Origin: Raillietiella orientalis
Taxonomy: Eukaryota
Assembly (NCBI GenBank): GCA_036172245.1
Contig: JAYWIR010000032.1
Location: 1,240,001-1,304,000 of the forward strand
Direction: 5' to 3'
Length of the DNA: 64,000 nucleotides
Position numbers and translations under genes: made by a program. This document shows, piece after piece, positions 13,447 to 26,926 of the stretch. The notes below the pieces were generated by a model. It was not told where the DNA came from. It worked only from the letters and a program-made list of their open reading frames with translations, and ran no database searches. Positions within the stretch are counted from its first letter, which is position 1. Every line of letters begins with the position of its first letter.

Positions 13447-14712
13447 ATGGAGGAGAACGGCAATGTATGTCTAAAGTGGAATAATTTTCAATGTAAATTT
13501 CCGGCGTTATTTGAAAATTTACGAGGACAAGAAGAATTTATAGATGTGACAATATGTTGTGAGGGAAAGATTTTATCAGCGCACAGATTAGTGTTAGCCG
13601 CCTTCAGTCCATGTTTGAAGGAAATGCTTAAGGTATTTTATGCGGTCAAATTTTTCAGATACACTCCAGTATTTCTAGAGTCTAGTCACAGATATATGAA
13701 AATATCAAATTTCAGAGCAACACCAATAACCATCCGATTATTATTTTAAAAGGAATGGAATATGAAGAGATTAAGTTACTTTTGACTTACATGTACTGTG
13801 GTGAAATTATTCTTCCATTTGACAAGTTGGAGAGCTTCCTTAAGACAGCACAGCATCTTCAAATAGAAGGTTTAGTGCAGTTCAGTGAAGAAGAAGAAGT
13901 GAGTGTGACAATAATCACTGTTGGTTACATTGTAAAAAAAAAAAATAAATAGCAGGAAGGAATGCACACCAAAATTAAATTTCGTTGTCAGCAGGAAACT
14001 AGTGATGCCGAAGACATATCATTTCCAAAAATCAAAAAGGAAAATCAGAGTAGTGATATTCTACAAACTCAGTGCAACAGTGATGACCAAAGTATATTAG
14101 ATGCAGATGTGTTGTCCATTCAGGATGATGTATCTTGTACCAAAGTAAATCCCAAAGAAATTTTAGCCGCTTCTTATCTGTGCGGAGATTCGCCGGAAAG
14201 GGAAAGCAAGGATTTGAGTGAGAACAAATGCAAACGTATTAGAATGAATTGTGCTGTAATCAATGACCATGTGGATGACAAAGTGCTGTCAACTTTCGCT
14301 GCTGCCAAAGAAGGGAGAAAGAGACAAGAAGAGTTGGAATTTTTGGATTCAACAGGTAATTTAGTAGCACAATGGTCACAACTGATGCCTCTCAGCATCT
14401 GCATTTCCGTGTCCCTTCTGTATTCGTAGCTATGCAAACTGGGGCTTTCGGCGGCGTCATCTTAAAGCAGTTCATCAGCTTGATGGGCATTTCTTTTGTA
14501 AATGGTGTGAAGCCTGGCTTGTAAACCTTACTGAATGGAAACTCCATATGGAGGAATATCATCAGTTAAGCAGCAATGCTGTGGATGAATCCATGTTAGT
14601 ACTTGAAGAGGCACATATGGTACTTCAAGATATGTTACCCATGCATTCCCACAAAGGCCTGCTGGATTTGGGAAACAGTGATGAAGCCAAAGTCTCTGAG
14701 AAAGAATCATGA
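13447..14712 (+). CDS. ttk/BR-C/bab-type BTB protein with two C-terminal C2H2 zinc fingers, about 349 aa
   Basis: Exons 13447-13632, 13716-13898, 13992(or 13995)-14355, 14396-14712, GT-AG with consistent phases. VCLKWNNFQ..FIDVTICCEG..AHRLVLAAFSP..HPIIIL..LLTYMYCGE..FLKTAQHLQIEGL; last exon CPFC-x12-HLKAVH and CKWC-x12-HMEEYH. AATAAA at about 15090. Confidence 0.92.
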
Positions 14713-15149
14713 TGCCAATGGTAATAACTGGCTTTCATTGGTGTTTGCACAGGATATCAGTTAGTTCCATCGTGCAAAAATTAGGAGTATTCTGAAGAAG
14801 GCAACTTTAGTGCTATTTAGCTGTCTTCTTCAGTAGTGTGTTTATATGAAGTATAGGAAGATTCATTTGTTAATTCTCCATTCCATTTTTCAATTTCATT
14901 TGTGGAAATGATGTACTGCAAATGGCAAGCATGTGTATGATGATCTCTAAGATGTATTTCAGTGTAATTTTTGTACTTTATCATTGTTGATGGAGAACCA
15001 GCAATTGTCCTGCATTAACATTGAGCAGTGTATCAAGGTGTAATTCAAACTTTCAGTGATTCCAACTTCAAATACTTTGTATTTATCAGAATAAAAAAAA
15101 CTTTTTGCAGATATCTTGACATATATGGAAATTAGAAAAGAGTTGTCCA

Positions 15150-17500
<2,351 letters not shown>

Positions 17501-17716
17501 TCTTATGGATTGTCTAAAGGGAGTATCATTGAGTTTTCGACTAGCAATGACCTCAACGGACTTCCTCGGCTACGATATTGCCCGTGCTCAAAGTCCGTAG
17601 TGAGGGGTGGGTAAAGGGTGCGCCCTGCTCTTGGTCCTTTTGCGTAAAAGTCACTGAGAAGTATTATAGAAGAGGATGGGGGCAAGAGTCAAGATCTGAA
17701 GTTATTTAGTCGCGGA

Positions 17717-17949
17717 AATGTATAATTAACCAATGTTCAATTATATGCGTGCTCCAAAAACAAACCCTCATTTCCTTTTCATACCCTGTCTTTTAACTCC
17801 TCACCTATTCCATTTCTCACCCTACTTAATCCCTCCTGAAGACCCTCCCAGGGTTTCTACCCAAATGAATATTTGTAGAACTCATTCCTATCCCATTAGC
17901 AACCATTCTCATTGTCCTTTCTTCAATTTCATTCCCACGTCTACTCAAT
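17717..17949 (+). repeat. Left arm of an about 233-bp inverted repeat (partner 19131-19365); mitochondrial nad2 fragment
   Basis: Reverse complement of 19131-19365 with about 8 differences by eye; translates (TGA=W, ATA=M) LPGFLPKWMFVELIPIPLATILIVLSSISF. Confidence 0.9.
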
Positions 17950-18205
17950 TTCTGGAATACCGAGCATGAGCCAACTGCCAAATACTCCTATCATGGCAGG
18001 TATGACTAAGAGAAAGATTATATTTAGATCGTGAGAAGTCATGAAGATGATGTAGAGTTCGTCACTGTGAATAAAAGAGCCCGGTTGAGAGATCTCTGAG
18101 GGATAATAAATCATAAGAGAGGTGCCTAGGATACCAACTCGGAGTCTAAAAATGAAATATAGGGTTCCCGATATCTTTATGGTTAGTAGACATGAATCAT
18201 CCTTG
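17946..18205 (-). pseudogene. COX1: NUMT: 5' part of mitochondrial cox1
   Basis: Invertebrate mito code: WFMSTNHKDIG/TLYFIF..GILGTSL..EISQPGSFIHSDELY..TSH..VMPAMMGVFGSWLMLGIP; 1-nt frameshift after DIG and loss of the usual VPL. Confidence 0.93.
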
Positions 18206-18217
18206 CAGTGAATTTCT

Positions 18218-18282
18218 TAAATTCACTACAAACTTTGTATTTCTAACTTTGAAGGTTCGTAGTTTATTCAACTCATAATCTT
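18218..18282 (-). pseudogene. trnW: NUMT: mitochondrial tRNA-Trp(UCA) relic
   Basis: Reverse complement AAGATTATGAGTTGAATAAACTACGAACCTTCAAAGTT resembles arthropod trnW; anticodon TCA at 18250-18252; directly upstream of cox1. Confidence 0.75.
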
Positions 18283-18329
18283 GCATAGAAGTTTCATGTT
18301 GAATTTGAGACTGAATGTTGGACGTAAGA

Positions 18330-18390
18330 CATCAAGTGGTATAAAGTGTGTTAGGATTTGAATTTGAGGAATATGTTGAATATAACGTGA
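18330..18390 (+). pseudogene. trnQ: NUMT: probable tRNA-Gln(UUG) relic
   Basis: ttagg-atTTGaa-tttga anticodon arm (GU-rich, 18351-18367) and atgtt/aacgt T-arm-like stem; second copy about 18835-18851. Confidence 0.45.
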
Positions 18391-18459
18391 AGGAAAATGG
18401 CAAAGGCAAGCGGTGAATTTTGTAAATTGTAAATTTTTTAATGATGGAATCTTTTACTA
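18391..18459 (+). pseudogene. trnY: NUMT: tRNA-Tyr(GUA) relic
   Basis: GGAAAATGGC...AAGCG...AAATTGTAAATTT...TCTTTTACTA resembles arthropod trnY; 7-nt tgtaaat duplication in the anticodon arm. Confidence 0.6.
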
Positions 18460-18464
18460 ATAAA

Positions 18465-18530
18465 TTGGATGAGGATGTTTCTGAAGTCTGAGAAATGCAA
18501 ATTCTCAACAATATGGAAATCAAATCAAAA
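18465..18530 (+). pseudogene. trnC: NUMT: probable tRNA-Cys(GCA) relic
   Basis: Stem tgagaa/ttctca closing a 7-nt loop atGCAaa (18489-18507); diverged second copy about 18951-18972. Confidence 0.55.
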
Positions 18531-18539
18531 TTAGTGAGA

Positions 18540-18730
18540 AATTAGACTTGAGATCAGTAGGGAACAGGAATAGGAAAAGATTCAATAAGAAAAGGTTGTT
18601 AATGGAAAAGGTCTTGAATTCAAAGATATTTATTTAGGAAAAGTCTTGGAAAGGGGGTATTCCTGAAAAATTGAGTATAAGGGGAGGAGAGGTATAAAAC
18701 GATAGAGCATGCGTAAAGAATAGGTGTTTA
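18540..18730 (-). pseudogene. ND2: NUMT: second, diverged nad2 3' fragment
   Basis: LMLNFSGMPPF..FPK* at about 18630-18682 matches the nad2 SGLPPF.GF.PKW motif. Confidence 0.55.
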
Positions 18731-19009
18731 TTTTTGAAAAATGACGTGAATTTGAATGTGTTGAAAGGGTGGATAATTAAAAATGAATTTGAGACTGGGT
18801 ATTGCATGAAAATGCAAGATGAATAACATGGACATTAGAATTTGAACTTAAGGAGTATATTGAATGTGGTATGTAAGGAAGGTGAAGAGAAGCCTACATT
18901 TATTAGTGATGAAATGTTTGATTGATAAATTGGATGAAGATGTTTCTGAAATCTCAGAATCGCAAATTTTCAGTACTATATACTGAGACTGGGGTAAAAT
19001 CTAAATTAA

Positions 19010-19365
19010 GATAAGTTAAGATAAGTGGCTAAAAGGTAGACATATAAGAAGGTAGAGAGATGGATAAAGGGCAAGATGTAAGGGGGTTGAGGTTTCTTAT
19101 TGGGGAGAGAGTAAGTGGTGGTAAGTTGATATTGAAGTAGACGTGGGAATGAAATTGAAGAAGGCACAATGAGAATGGTTGCTAATGGGATAGGAATGAG
19201 TTCTACAGATATTCATTGGGGTAGAAACCCTGGGAAGGTCTTCATGAGGGATTAAGTAGGGTGAGAAATGGAATAGGTGAGGAGTTAAAAGACAGGGTAT
19301 GAAAAGGAAATGAGGGTTTGTTTTTTGGAGCACGTATATAATTGAACATTGGTTAATTATACATT
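19010..19365 (-). pseudogene. ND2: NUMT: nad2 3' portion (contains the right arm of the inverted repeat, 19131-19365)
   Basis: FLTLLN..LPGFLP(Q/K)W..LATILI..SSISF..YFNINLPPLTLSP; C/T-rich hydrophobic coding strand. Confidence 0.75.
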
Positions 19366-21759
19366 GTATTGTATGCTTGATATTTAATATGACGTTGACA
19401 ATAATATCTTGAAAAGTCAGAGGAAATGTGCTCTGAAATATTATGAACCCTAAATCTTTAAGTAAGAAGTGAATAATTAATAATCTGTAATGTAGTATGA
19501 CTTGAAAATAAATAATGATTTATAGAGAGGCAACTACAGTGTTACTTGTGATTTTGCTGTGTGTATTCCTTCAGTTTGCCAAAAAATGAACCAAATGAAT
19601 GCACAGCGGCATGCAGAAACATACTCTTGAAACTGTTAAATGGTTATCAGAGAAATCTGCAGTTGAACCTATAGAGAAACTTGGGCATTAGCAAGTTCTG
19701 CAATCTTGGTTTCATGCTGATTCATTTTAGACTGACAGGAAATTGACGTCCTCTCATAGTCTCATCAGTGTAGCATATCCTAGTTGGAAAAACAGACCAT
19801 AATGTTTCCCGGCGAAACCCACACACGTTTCATGTTGTTTTTTCTGTTTGAGACTTTTGATGAATGCGGTTTTAAGTACCAAATGGTAATCAGTGCAACC
19901 ATGAACTCCTTCGCATTATACCAAAATTCGAATTCATGATGGAAAAAAAATAACCCAGAAGGAAGCAGACGATGCTTTGGAGAAATCAGCAGATCACTGT
20001 GCAGTCAATTTCATGTTTGGGTATTGGTTTCTGGGGTATTGTCAGTGAACTTACAGAGGAGACCCATTTTCTAAAGGGGTGATTCAGATCTGAGGATGAC
20101 ATAAAAAGCTGAAAACAGCATACGCACGAAACCAAATTAGAGGATATTTTCAGAATGATAACTTCAGAGGAAGAAACTGCAGTATTGGATGATCACACGG
20201 GGCTGGCGAAATCTCGACTTCAAAACAAGCCACCCTATTGCCATGAAAATTAGGATGGACAGCATCCTTTCCACAGTGCCATGTACAGGAATAAAAGGGT
20301 GAACACGCCTGCAAAAAATTTTCGAAGCACCACAATGCCGTTGGCACCCCTTGCACATTGTGGTGCCTTGAAATTCTATCTTCAGTTCAGTATCCTTACC
20401 TTTCCGTTTACCTTCATCATTCATTTCATTTAAATTTTGTTTCAATTTTCTTCTAAAAGTTTCGCATTTAAAGTTCTCGTCCCATTTCCCCCGCCGCGTG
20501 GCTTCCATGACCTACGTCGGGTGTCCTCAAGTATTCGCGCGTCTCGCGGCTGTTGCTATGAAAGGGTGAGAAGATTTGAGATACGGAGATGCCCATGCAA
20601 AAATACAGAGCAACTCAAGAAAGCCCCTCCGAAAAGGCATGCCCGAGTTCAGAGCATGCGTTCCATCGAGGCAACCAGCTAACCACAGATGCCTTCTGCT
20701 GGTCACGGCACCCCTTTGGCGTGATGATGGCTTCGTGTCCGTTCGCCCGGACCCAATGATCGCTAGGCGATGGGGGTAGCGTTTCATGACGTCCCAAGGC
20801 ACAAGAGGAAGTCTTGCTCTTCCTCCCTCCCGAGATGGGAACGGGGCGTGACGTCGTCAGAACCCCCTTCCGGGTGGTCCTGTGCTTGCGCACGCGGGCG
20901 CCTGCGGTCTTCTGCCAGCGCCCTCCCTGCGCGGCCGCGCAAAGGGGCGGCGAATGAGTCGCGCGGCGACGACGCGTTTCCACGCCCCGCCTCAACTGTT
21001 CTGACTCATTCGAGTAGGGAGTCGCGGCATCTGCCCCATAAAAGACCCTGGAGTCCATGTACGCTTTGCACTCGAACTCACCCCACCCCCTCTTTATTTT
21101 TTTTGTGTTTAATAACACAAAGGGGAGGCCGCAAATGCGTACTCACGCAGCGCACAGCAGGAAACATGGAGTATCGAAAAAAGAATTGAGGATGAACCCA
21201 CCGTGCACCTAAGGACCCAGTTTCAGGTCACAGTTTCGGGATAAGCCAGCAGTATTAGTCAACTAGGGCCTTGCCCTCCTTGTATGCACCGCCGATGAGC
21301 TCGATGAACTGTTTTCTTGGAACTCTACGGCCGCGAGCCTCGAGTGTACGGGTCGCAAACACCTTAGGGCAATCGTTCGCCGTGGTTGCGTGTGCGACGT
21401 CAGGTCGCAGCCAGGCGAACAAGCAACGTTCACGAGCACCGAAATGCCCACGTCAGGTCGAGGAAGCTGGTCAGTCAACAACCTTGAACCTGGTAAGCAC
21501 GCAAGTGTTGCGAAAGCGCGGGTGCCTCTTGGAGTTGGTTGGCCAACCTACAGGAGCGAACAAACTTCTCGAAGGGGTCGACTTTCTGTTTGCTCCACCG
21601 GTCCCGCACGTCAACCATTCAAAAATCACCCAAACTCTTTATTTTTCGTTTTCACCCTGTCACGACGGGGCGTTTCTTGCAAAATAAAATTAAATTAAAT
21701 ATCCACAAAAGGAAAACTCATATAAAAGATAAAAAGTATCTTTCTTCCTAGTGACTGCA

Positions 21760-24220
21760 CATCACCACTACGAAGAGAAATGCCTCGGGGACGCCGCTTC
21801 CCGTGAGCAGCTCCTCCGACGAGGTCCTCGCTGGAGGAGTAGGGGAAGGGGTAAACAAAAACACACACCAAAAAAAAAAACATAAAAGTTCAGTTTAAAA
21901 ATGCTTGGGTGGAAGGGAAGGGATCGCAGATTTTTTCCTCGAGTCCTCACCAACATCCTCTGGAGGATGTTGGCAACTTCCTCCTTTTGTTGGCAGAGAT
22001 CTGGCCATCTTGTCGCCTTCCTCGTGAAGGAGCAGACGATTTGGGATGATTTCACCGTTCGACTGACCTCTTTCGGCGCGGCTTCTCGCCGCCACGACCC
22101 CACAATGGCAGCACAGGACTGCAAAGGAGGCTGCAGGCGACATCGAGTCGCGCGTGAAGAGGCACCACGAAATTCTTTCTTCAAGGACAAAGAGCAAGGA
22201 AATGCTGTTTGTTTCCATAATTTTATGATTCTGGAGTTTTAGCTGTGAATTCCGCAAAGCTCCAGTTGAGGAAGACGGCGCTATAGGGACGCCATCTGCT
22301 TCTCCCTCCGCTTCATGAGGACGGCAGCAAGATGGCCCCACCTGGGACATACTCGGATGGAACTTGCCCGCATCCCTGAAAGGATGCAGGGGACGCCCTC
22401 CAACGGACTCTTCCCTCACCTTCCCTATATGTTGTTTTGTTTTATTTTAATTTTGCTTGCCCCTTCCCCTTCCGCAGCCGAGGCGAACCTCGCCGGCCTG
22501 CGCGCCGGTTACTCGGCAGGTTCCGAACATTTGTCGGACGTTGTAGGGCCGATGACCCTACACATCTACGTTTATTATTTTTATAATAAAGGAAGCGGCG
22601 CTACCGGGTGTTAATCCGCATGCTGGAGAGCCGAGAATGCGTCCTTCTCCAGAGCGAAGTCAGTCGGCACGCCAATGGACGGATGTTCGAGCAACGTGAG
22701 CGGAGCGACCTGCCAAGGAAGGCGAGCGACTCACCTCGCCCATCCTCGACCTTCTGCTGCAGCAGCAGCTGGGGACAGCTGGAAGCACCGCCGCGTCGAC
22801 CTCTTCCGGAAAGGGTCACGCGGACGACATCAACACGGCCGAATTCGCCCCTCCCGGTAAGGACTGTCTCGTGGCTTCGAGATGTGGGGCCGTCTCCCTG
22901 CCGCACGAAGCGACGGCGCGGCCACTGAGGGCACACTCAGGAAGCTGTCCGGCGGCCCTGAAACTGCTGGCAAAGGATCGTGGAAACTGACTGTTGATGT
23001 ATAACACGGGTTGAGTACAAATGCGATGGAAACCTGAGCTTCGAGATAAGGAAGGCTGCATTTCCGAGCAGGGATGGATGAAGGCCGGGGTGCCGTTATA
23101 ACAGCAGAAGACCATTCATCTGTCATCGTCCACCTTTGCCACTCGGCGGTTCTGTTGCGAGTGTTGGACGAATGTGATGCCAGTACAAAAAAAGAGGGGA
23201 AGGGGGAGTTGGGTGTGGGAGGAATACGGAAAACCATCCGCCCAGAAATCTTCCTTCGATTTTCACCCGGGGGCGCCGGGCCGTTTATTGAAACAAACAT
23301 ATTTCAGTATTCGTATTTGAAAACAAACATATTGCAGGAATTGTGGTTGGATCACTGGTCCAAACACGCACAGTTTAAAGGAGACCTGCCGGGACACCGG
23401 ATCGCGGACCGGTGCGGTTCACCACGGCAGCAGAGGGGAGGGGGCAAACAAAAATAAAAAAAAATAAATACACTTTGGGAGGTTCGGGAAGGGATTACTG
23501 TCTGCTGGTGGCAGTCCGGTTCATCCTCTGTAGGATGCCGGCAAGGTCTTGCTGCATGTTATTTTCCAGGTGGAGCGATCACGTTCTATCCTGATGAAAA
23601 GGACGGCGAAGTGGATGGCATCCCTATCGCTGGATCCTCTTGTTGCGTCGCTCCATACAGCGACGATCCCTCGTAGGCCACATAGGGATACCAGGAAGAC
23701 CGCTGGTCGAAGGGCGTCGCGAACGAAGAGCGCTTTCAAAGCGTCCCTGGAGTTGCTTCCAAGGGTTCCCAGGGCCGCAGGAAAGCGTTACCAGAGGGGC
23801 CGGAGGGCAACACGGTCCACTAACACAATAGGGTAGGGATTCACGTTTCCCGCACCTGACACAGTTGGGGTCCACACACACCCGCGTTCAGTGATGAGGC
23901 GGGCGTTGCACGGGAGACCCCAGTGCAGCTGCCAACAGCGCCGACTCCAAATCTTCCTTCGAGGAGCCCCTCTGAGCACCGAAGTTGTTCCCGTTTCACA
24001 CATTGGAACCCGGATCCATCACATCACGGGACCGGTAAACGCGAGCATCTCATTTGAAGCCAGGGTGATCCAAGGCATGGGAGAGGTAAAGCAGTTCCCC
24101 TTATAACGCGGAGGATGAGCGTTATAAAGGACCATGCGATGATACCCCTGTATAGGAGCGAAAATACGGCAATGCGATAAAAAATGTATTTCAGACGTCA
24201 TCACACGCTCTCCCGGAGGA
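21760..24220. mobile_element. Several truncated L1/Tx1-type 3' fragments (- about 21930-22240; + about 22320-22616; - about 22620-23050; - 23257-24220)
   Basis: Shared C-terminal coding motif (ANILQRM / AGILQRM / ARIPERM) at about 21960, 22370 and 23530; AATAAA-hairpin termini at 22585 (+) and 23289 (-). Confidence 0.65.
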
Positions 24221-24229
24221 GATGGCTTA

Positions 24230-26229
24230 GCAGTTGACCCTCATGCTCAAAGGGACTCTGAGCCTGAAGAACTTCCTCCCTGGACCGGAGAGTGGTCAAG
24301 CAGGAGGTGGGATCACCACCCGAAGCCGAAATCGACCTCCTCCGCGGACTCTTCCGAGGAGAGGGCGTCGTTCCCTTGCATTCTGGCCTGGCCATCTTCA
24401 CGATGGACGTAAGGCAGGAATGACGAAGCTTCCCAGGGGTGTGCAGGCCAGAGCACGCGAAATGCGAACGGACCTTCTCAAACGAGAGGTGGGCATAAAG
24501 AGGCTGCGGCAGAGTGCCAGCCTGGAGCATCTCCCACACTCTGAAGGGGATTCAGGAAAGTCTGGCTGGTTCCCAAAGGTCGGCAAGACGCCTTAGCGGA
24601 CGCGGTGAACGGGAGATCCGCCTTTCCCCTTACCTTCCCCCCCTTCCCTTCCCAGCCCGGTGCTCCGCCTCTGCTTCCCTCCCCTCACTTGCACGCAAGG
24701 ACAGAATGTTGCTCCGAAGATGATGAGTTGAGCGCTCTAGAGTGACCAGTGGACAGTGTTTCCGTGGTTCTCCTTTGTTTGGTCGATCAGGAGAGTTTGG
24801 AAGGCAAAGCGAATTTGCCCACCACCGAGAGTCGGACCGGGCACTCGCCACGACAGCAGAACGTGTGGCGAGTGCCCCCCTCTTGCGCCCCCTGCTTTTT
24901 GTTTGTCCGCCCCCCTACTCGGCCAAGCTCCAGGCGCACAGCCTGTTGAGGAACGCTCTGTGGGGACCTGCGAGGTCCAGGATCCCCCTGAAAGACTTGG
25001 CGGCTCCGCGTCGGGATGCCGGCTTAGGCATCCTGACGCTGGAGAGAATCGAGCTGCAGGTGCACCTTCGGATGTTGGCCCTGTGCGCCAACCTTTGGTC
25101 CACTCCGTGGTGCGCTCCCGCGCGCCTGCTCCTGTGGAGCTGCACCGGCAGCGATGGACTTCTGTCGCTGCGGCCGCATAGGGAGCGCGCCACGAGAAGC
25201 TTCGGTTTCCCTTTGAAACCCCTCTACCGGCTCCTGGAAGCCCAGGAATGGATCTCCTGCCGCCCAATGAACTTTCAAGCCCGGCGGCAGGAACCGTTGT
25301 ATGGCTGGGCAAAGCAACAGGACGTTTCGCTTCTGGAACTCCATTGCGCCAACCTCTCTCCGTACTGCACGGTGGATGAGGTCTGCAACAGCCAGGAGAA
25401 GTGGACCCGCCTGGCCGTCACGCCCCTCGCCGACGCGCTGTCAGCCCTTAGGGCAAGTGATCACAGCTGCCTACCGGCGAGGTGGGAGGTCGCCTGCGAG
25501 TTTTTGAGTGTGCCCCCCGAAGAACTTGTGGTCTCTCCCTCCTGTTTGAACACTTCGGTGTTCACCCTTTCGTGGAAGCAGGACGTCATTATGCTGGTGC
25601 ATTGGGGTTTTCACTCCAACCAGCGGACGAACCGTGTTTCCGGGGGAGTTGTCTCCCCAAACTGTAAGCGGTGCGCGGAAGTGGAAATGCTCCCGCACCT
25701 GCTCCTGGACTGCGGTGCCCTCCTAGGACTTTGGCGGAGGCTGGCCTCAGCTCTCCTGCACCAGGGGGACACCGCGAGAGACTTGATGCGCAGCTTCTTC
25801 ACGCCAGGCGGCCTGTCTTTAGGTGCTGTCGTCGCAACCGTGTGTTGCACCCGCGCCATCGACAAGGCCCACCGAGAGTTGAAGAAGCTGGCCATCCTTC
25901 GTCAGCCCACCGGATTAGCCAGCGCGAGCATGTCGTCGGCTGCCGAGTGGGCCCACCTACCAGAGAGCGTGAGGAGAGAGATCGCCGGCATCCATCGCCG
26001 GTTCTGAAAGGAAGGAACGGCCGAAGCAAAGACCCCTGTCCTCTGCCCTCCATATTTTTATTTTTTATAGTAGTGTATTTGTGGTCCCCTCCCTCCCGTT
26101 CCGGACTTTCGCTATACCGACCTGCGTGTCTTGGATCCCACCCCCTTCGTCTCTTGTCTTTCCCTTTGTCCAGGAACTCTGTTCCCGGATAGTTTTTAAT
26201 AAACGCCCCGGCGCACCCGGGTGATAAAC
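24230..26229 (+). mobile_element. L1/Tx1-type non-LTR retrotransposon relic, internally deleted (linker + RT C-terminus + CCHC zinc-binding region + 3' UTR)
   Basis: GVQARARE linker (about 24437); ORF 24742-26007 with ALWG..RIPLKDLAAPRRDAGLGILTL (P...GGLG motif) and SPNCKRCAEVEMLPHLLLDC; 3' terminus 26198-26229. Confidence 0.82.
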
Positions 26230-26926
26230 AGCAGAACGTCGCTTTTTTCGCTTCAGCTCCACCCTTCGCAACGTCAATGGAGGCGCCTGAGAAAGAAAGG
26301 TGAAAATTCTTTCTGCAACATAAAAATAACAAAAAGGAAAAAAGAAGAAAAAAATACAGCGCTTGCTGAAGTCACGTGTTCGTGTTCCTTCTAAAGACGG
26401 CTGAACCCACAACGCTGCGCGCCGACATGCTGAAATGTACCCCCCGGCGTTGCATCGGACTAAATTTCTCTTGCGACTGACCGCACAGTGGCCAGTCTCT
26501 CGTGTGGAAGCGAAGGGGGCAGGTGACCACTTCTCAGTGCTCGCTCTCTCCCTCCCTCTGCCGTCTCGCTTCTTGCAGCGTGGTTCGTGCGCACGCCCTC
26601 AAGGCGAGTACGGCTGCTTTCCCCTCAGCCCTGGGGCACTGCTTTCCACTGACTCTTTCTACCCGAGTGCTGCTGCAGCGACGGTCTGCCTGGCAGCTAC
26701 CAACTCTCTCCGTCTCGCGGGCTCACCCGCTCGGCACACCTCTCCGTAAGCCCCACCATGTTGGTTTTGCTCCCGGCAGCGCCCGGGGCATTGATTTAAA
26801 AATAAATAAACCACAAGGCAGGCAGCAGCAGAATTAAGTTCACTGGGGACAGCCACCAGCTCTTAGGCCGACTTCTAAGGGAGTCGGGAGCAGCAGGGAA
26901 GGACAATAAACAGAGTAAAAAAAGAC

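Noticed and set aside
17733..19333. Two near-identical 78-aa ORFs (17733-17969 +, 19097-19333 -)
   Set aside because: Off-frame readings of the duplicated nad2 fragment.
17717..19365. DNA transposon with terminal inverted repeats
   Set aside because: The arms and interior are mitochondrial sequence; no transposase or target-site duplication seen.
23591..23615. CTGATGA hammerhead-like core (also other CTGATGA sites)
   Set aside because: No stem II plus GAAA or flanking stems found at the sites inspected.
24742..26007. 421-aa ORF as a host gene or active element
   Set aside because: Only the C-terminal part of an L1/Tx1 ORF2; RT core missing.
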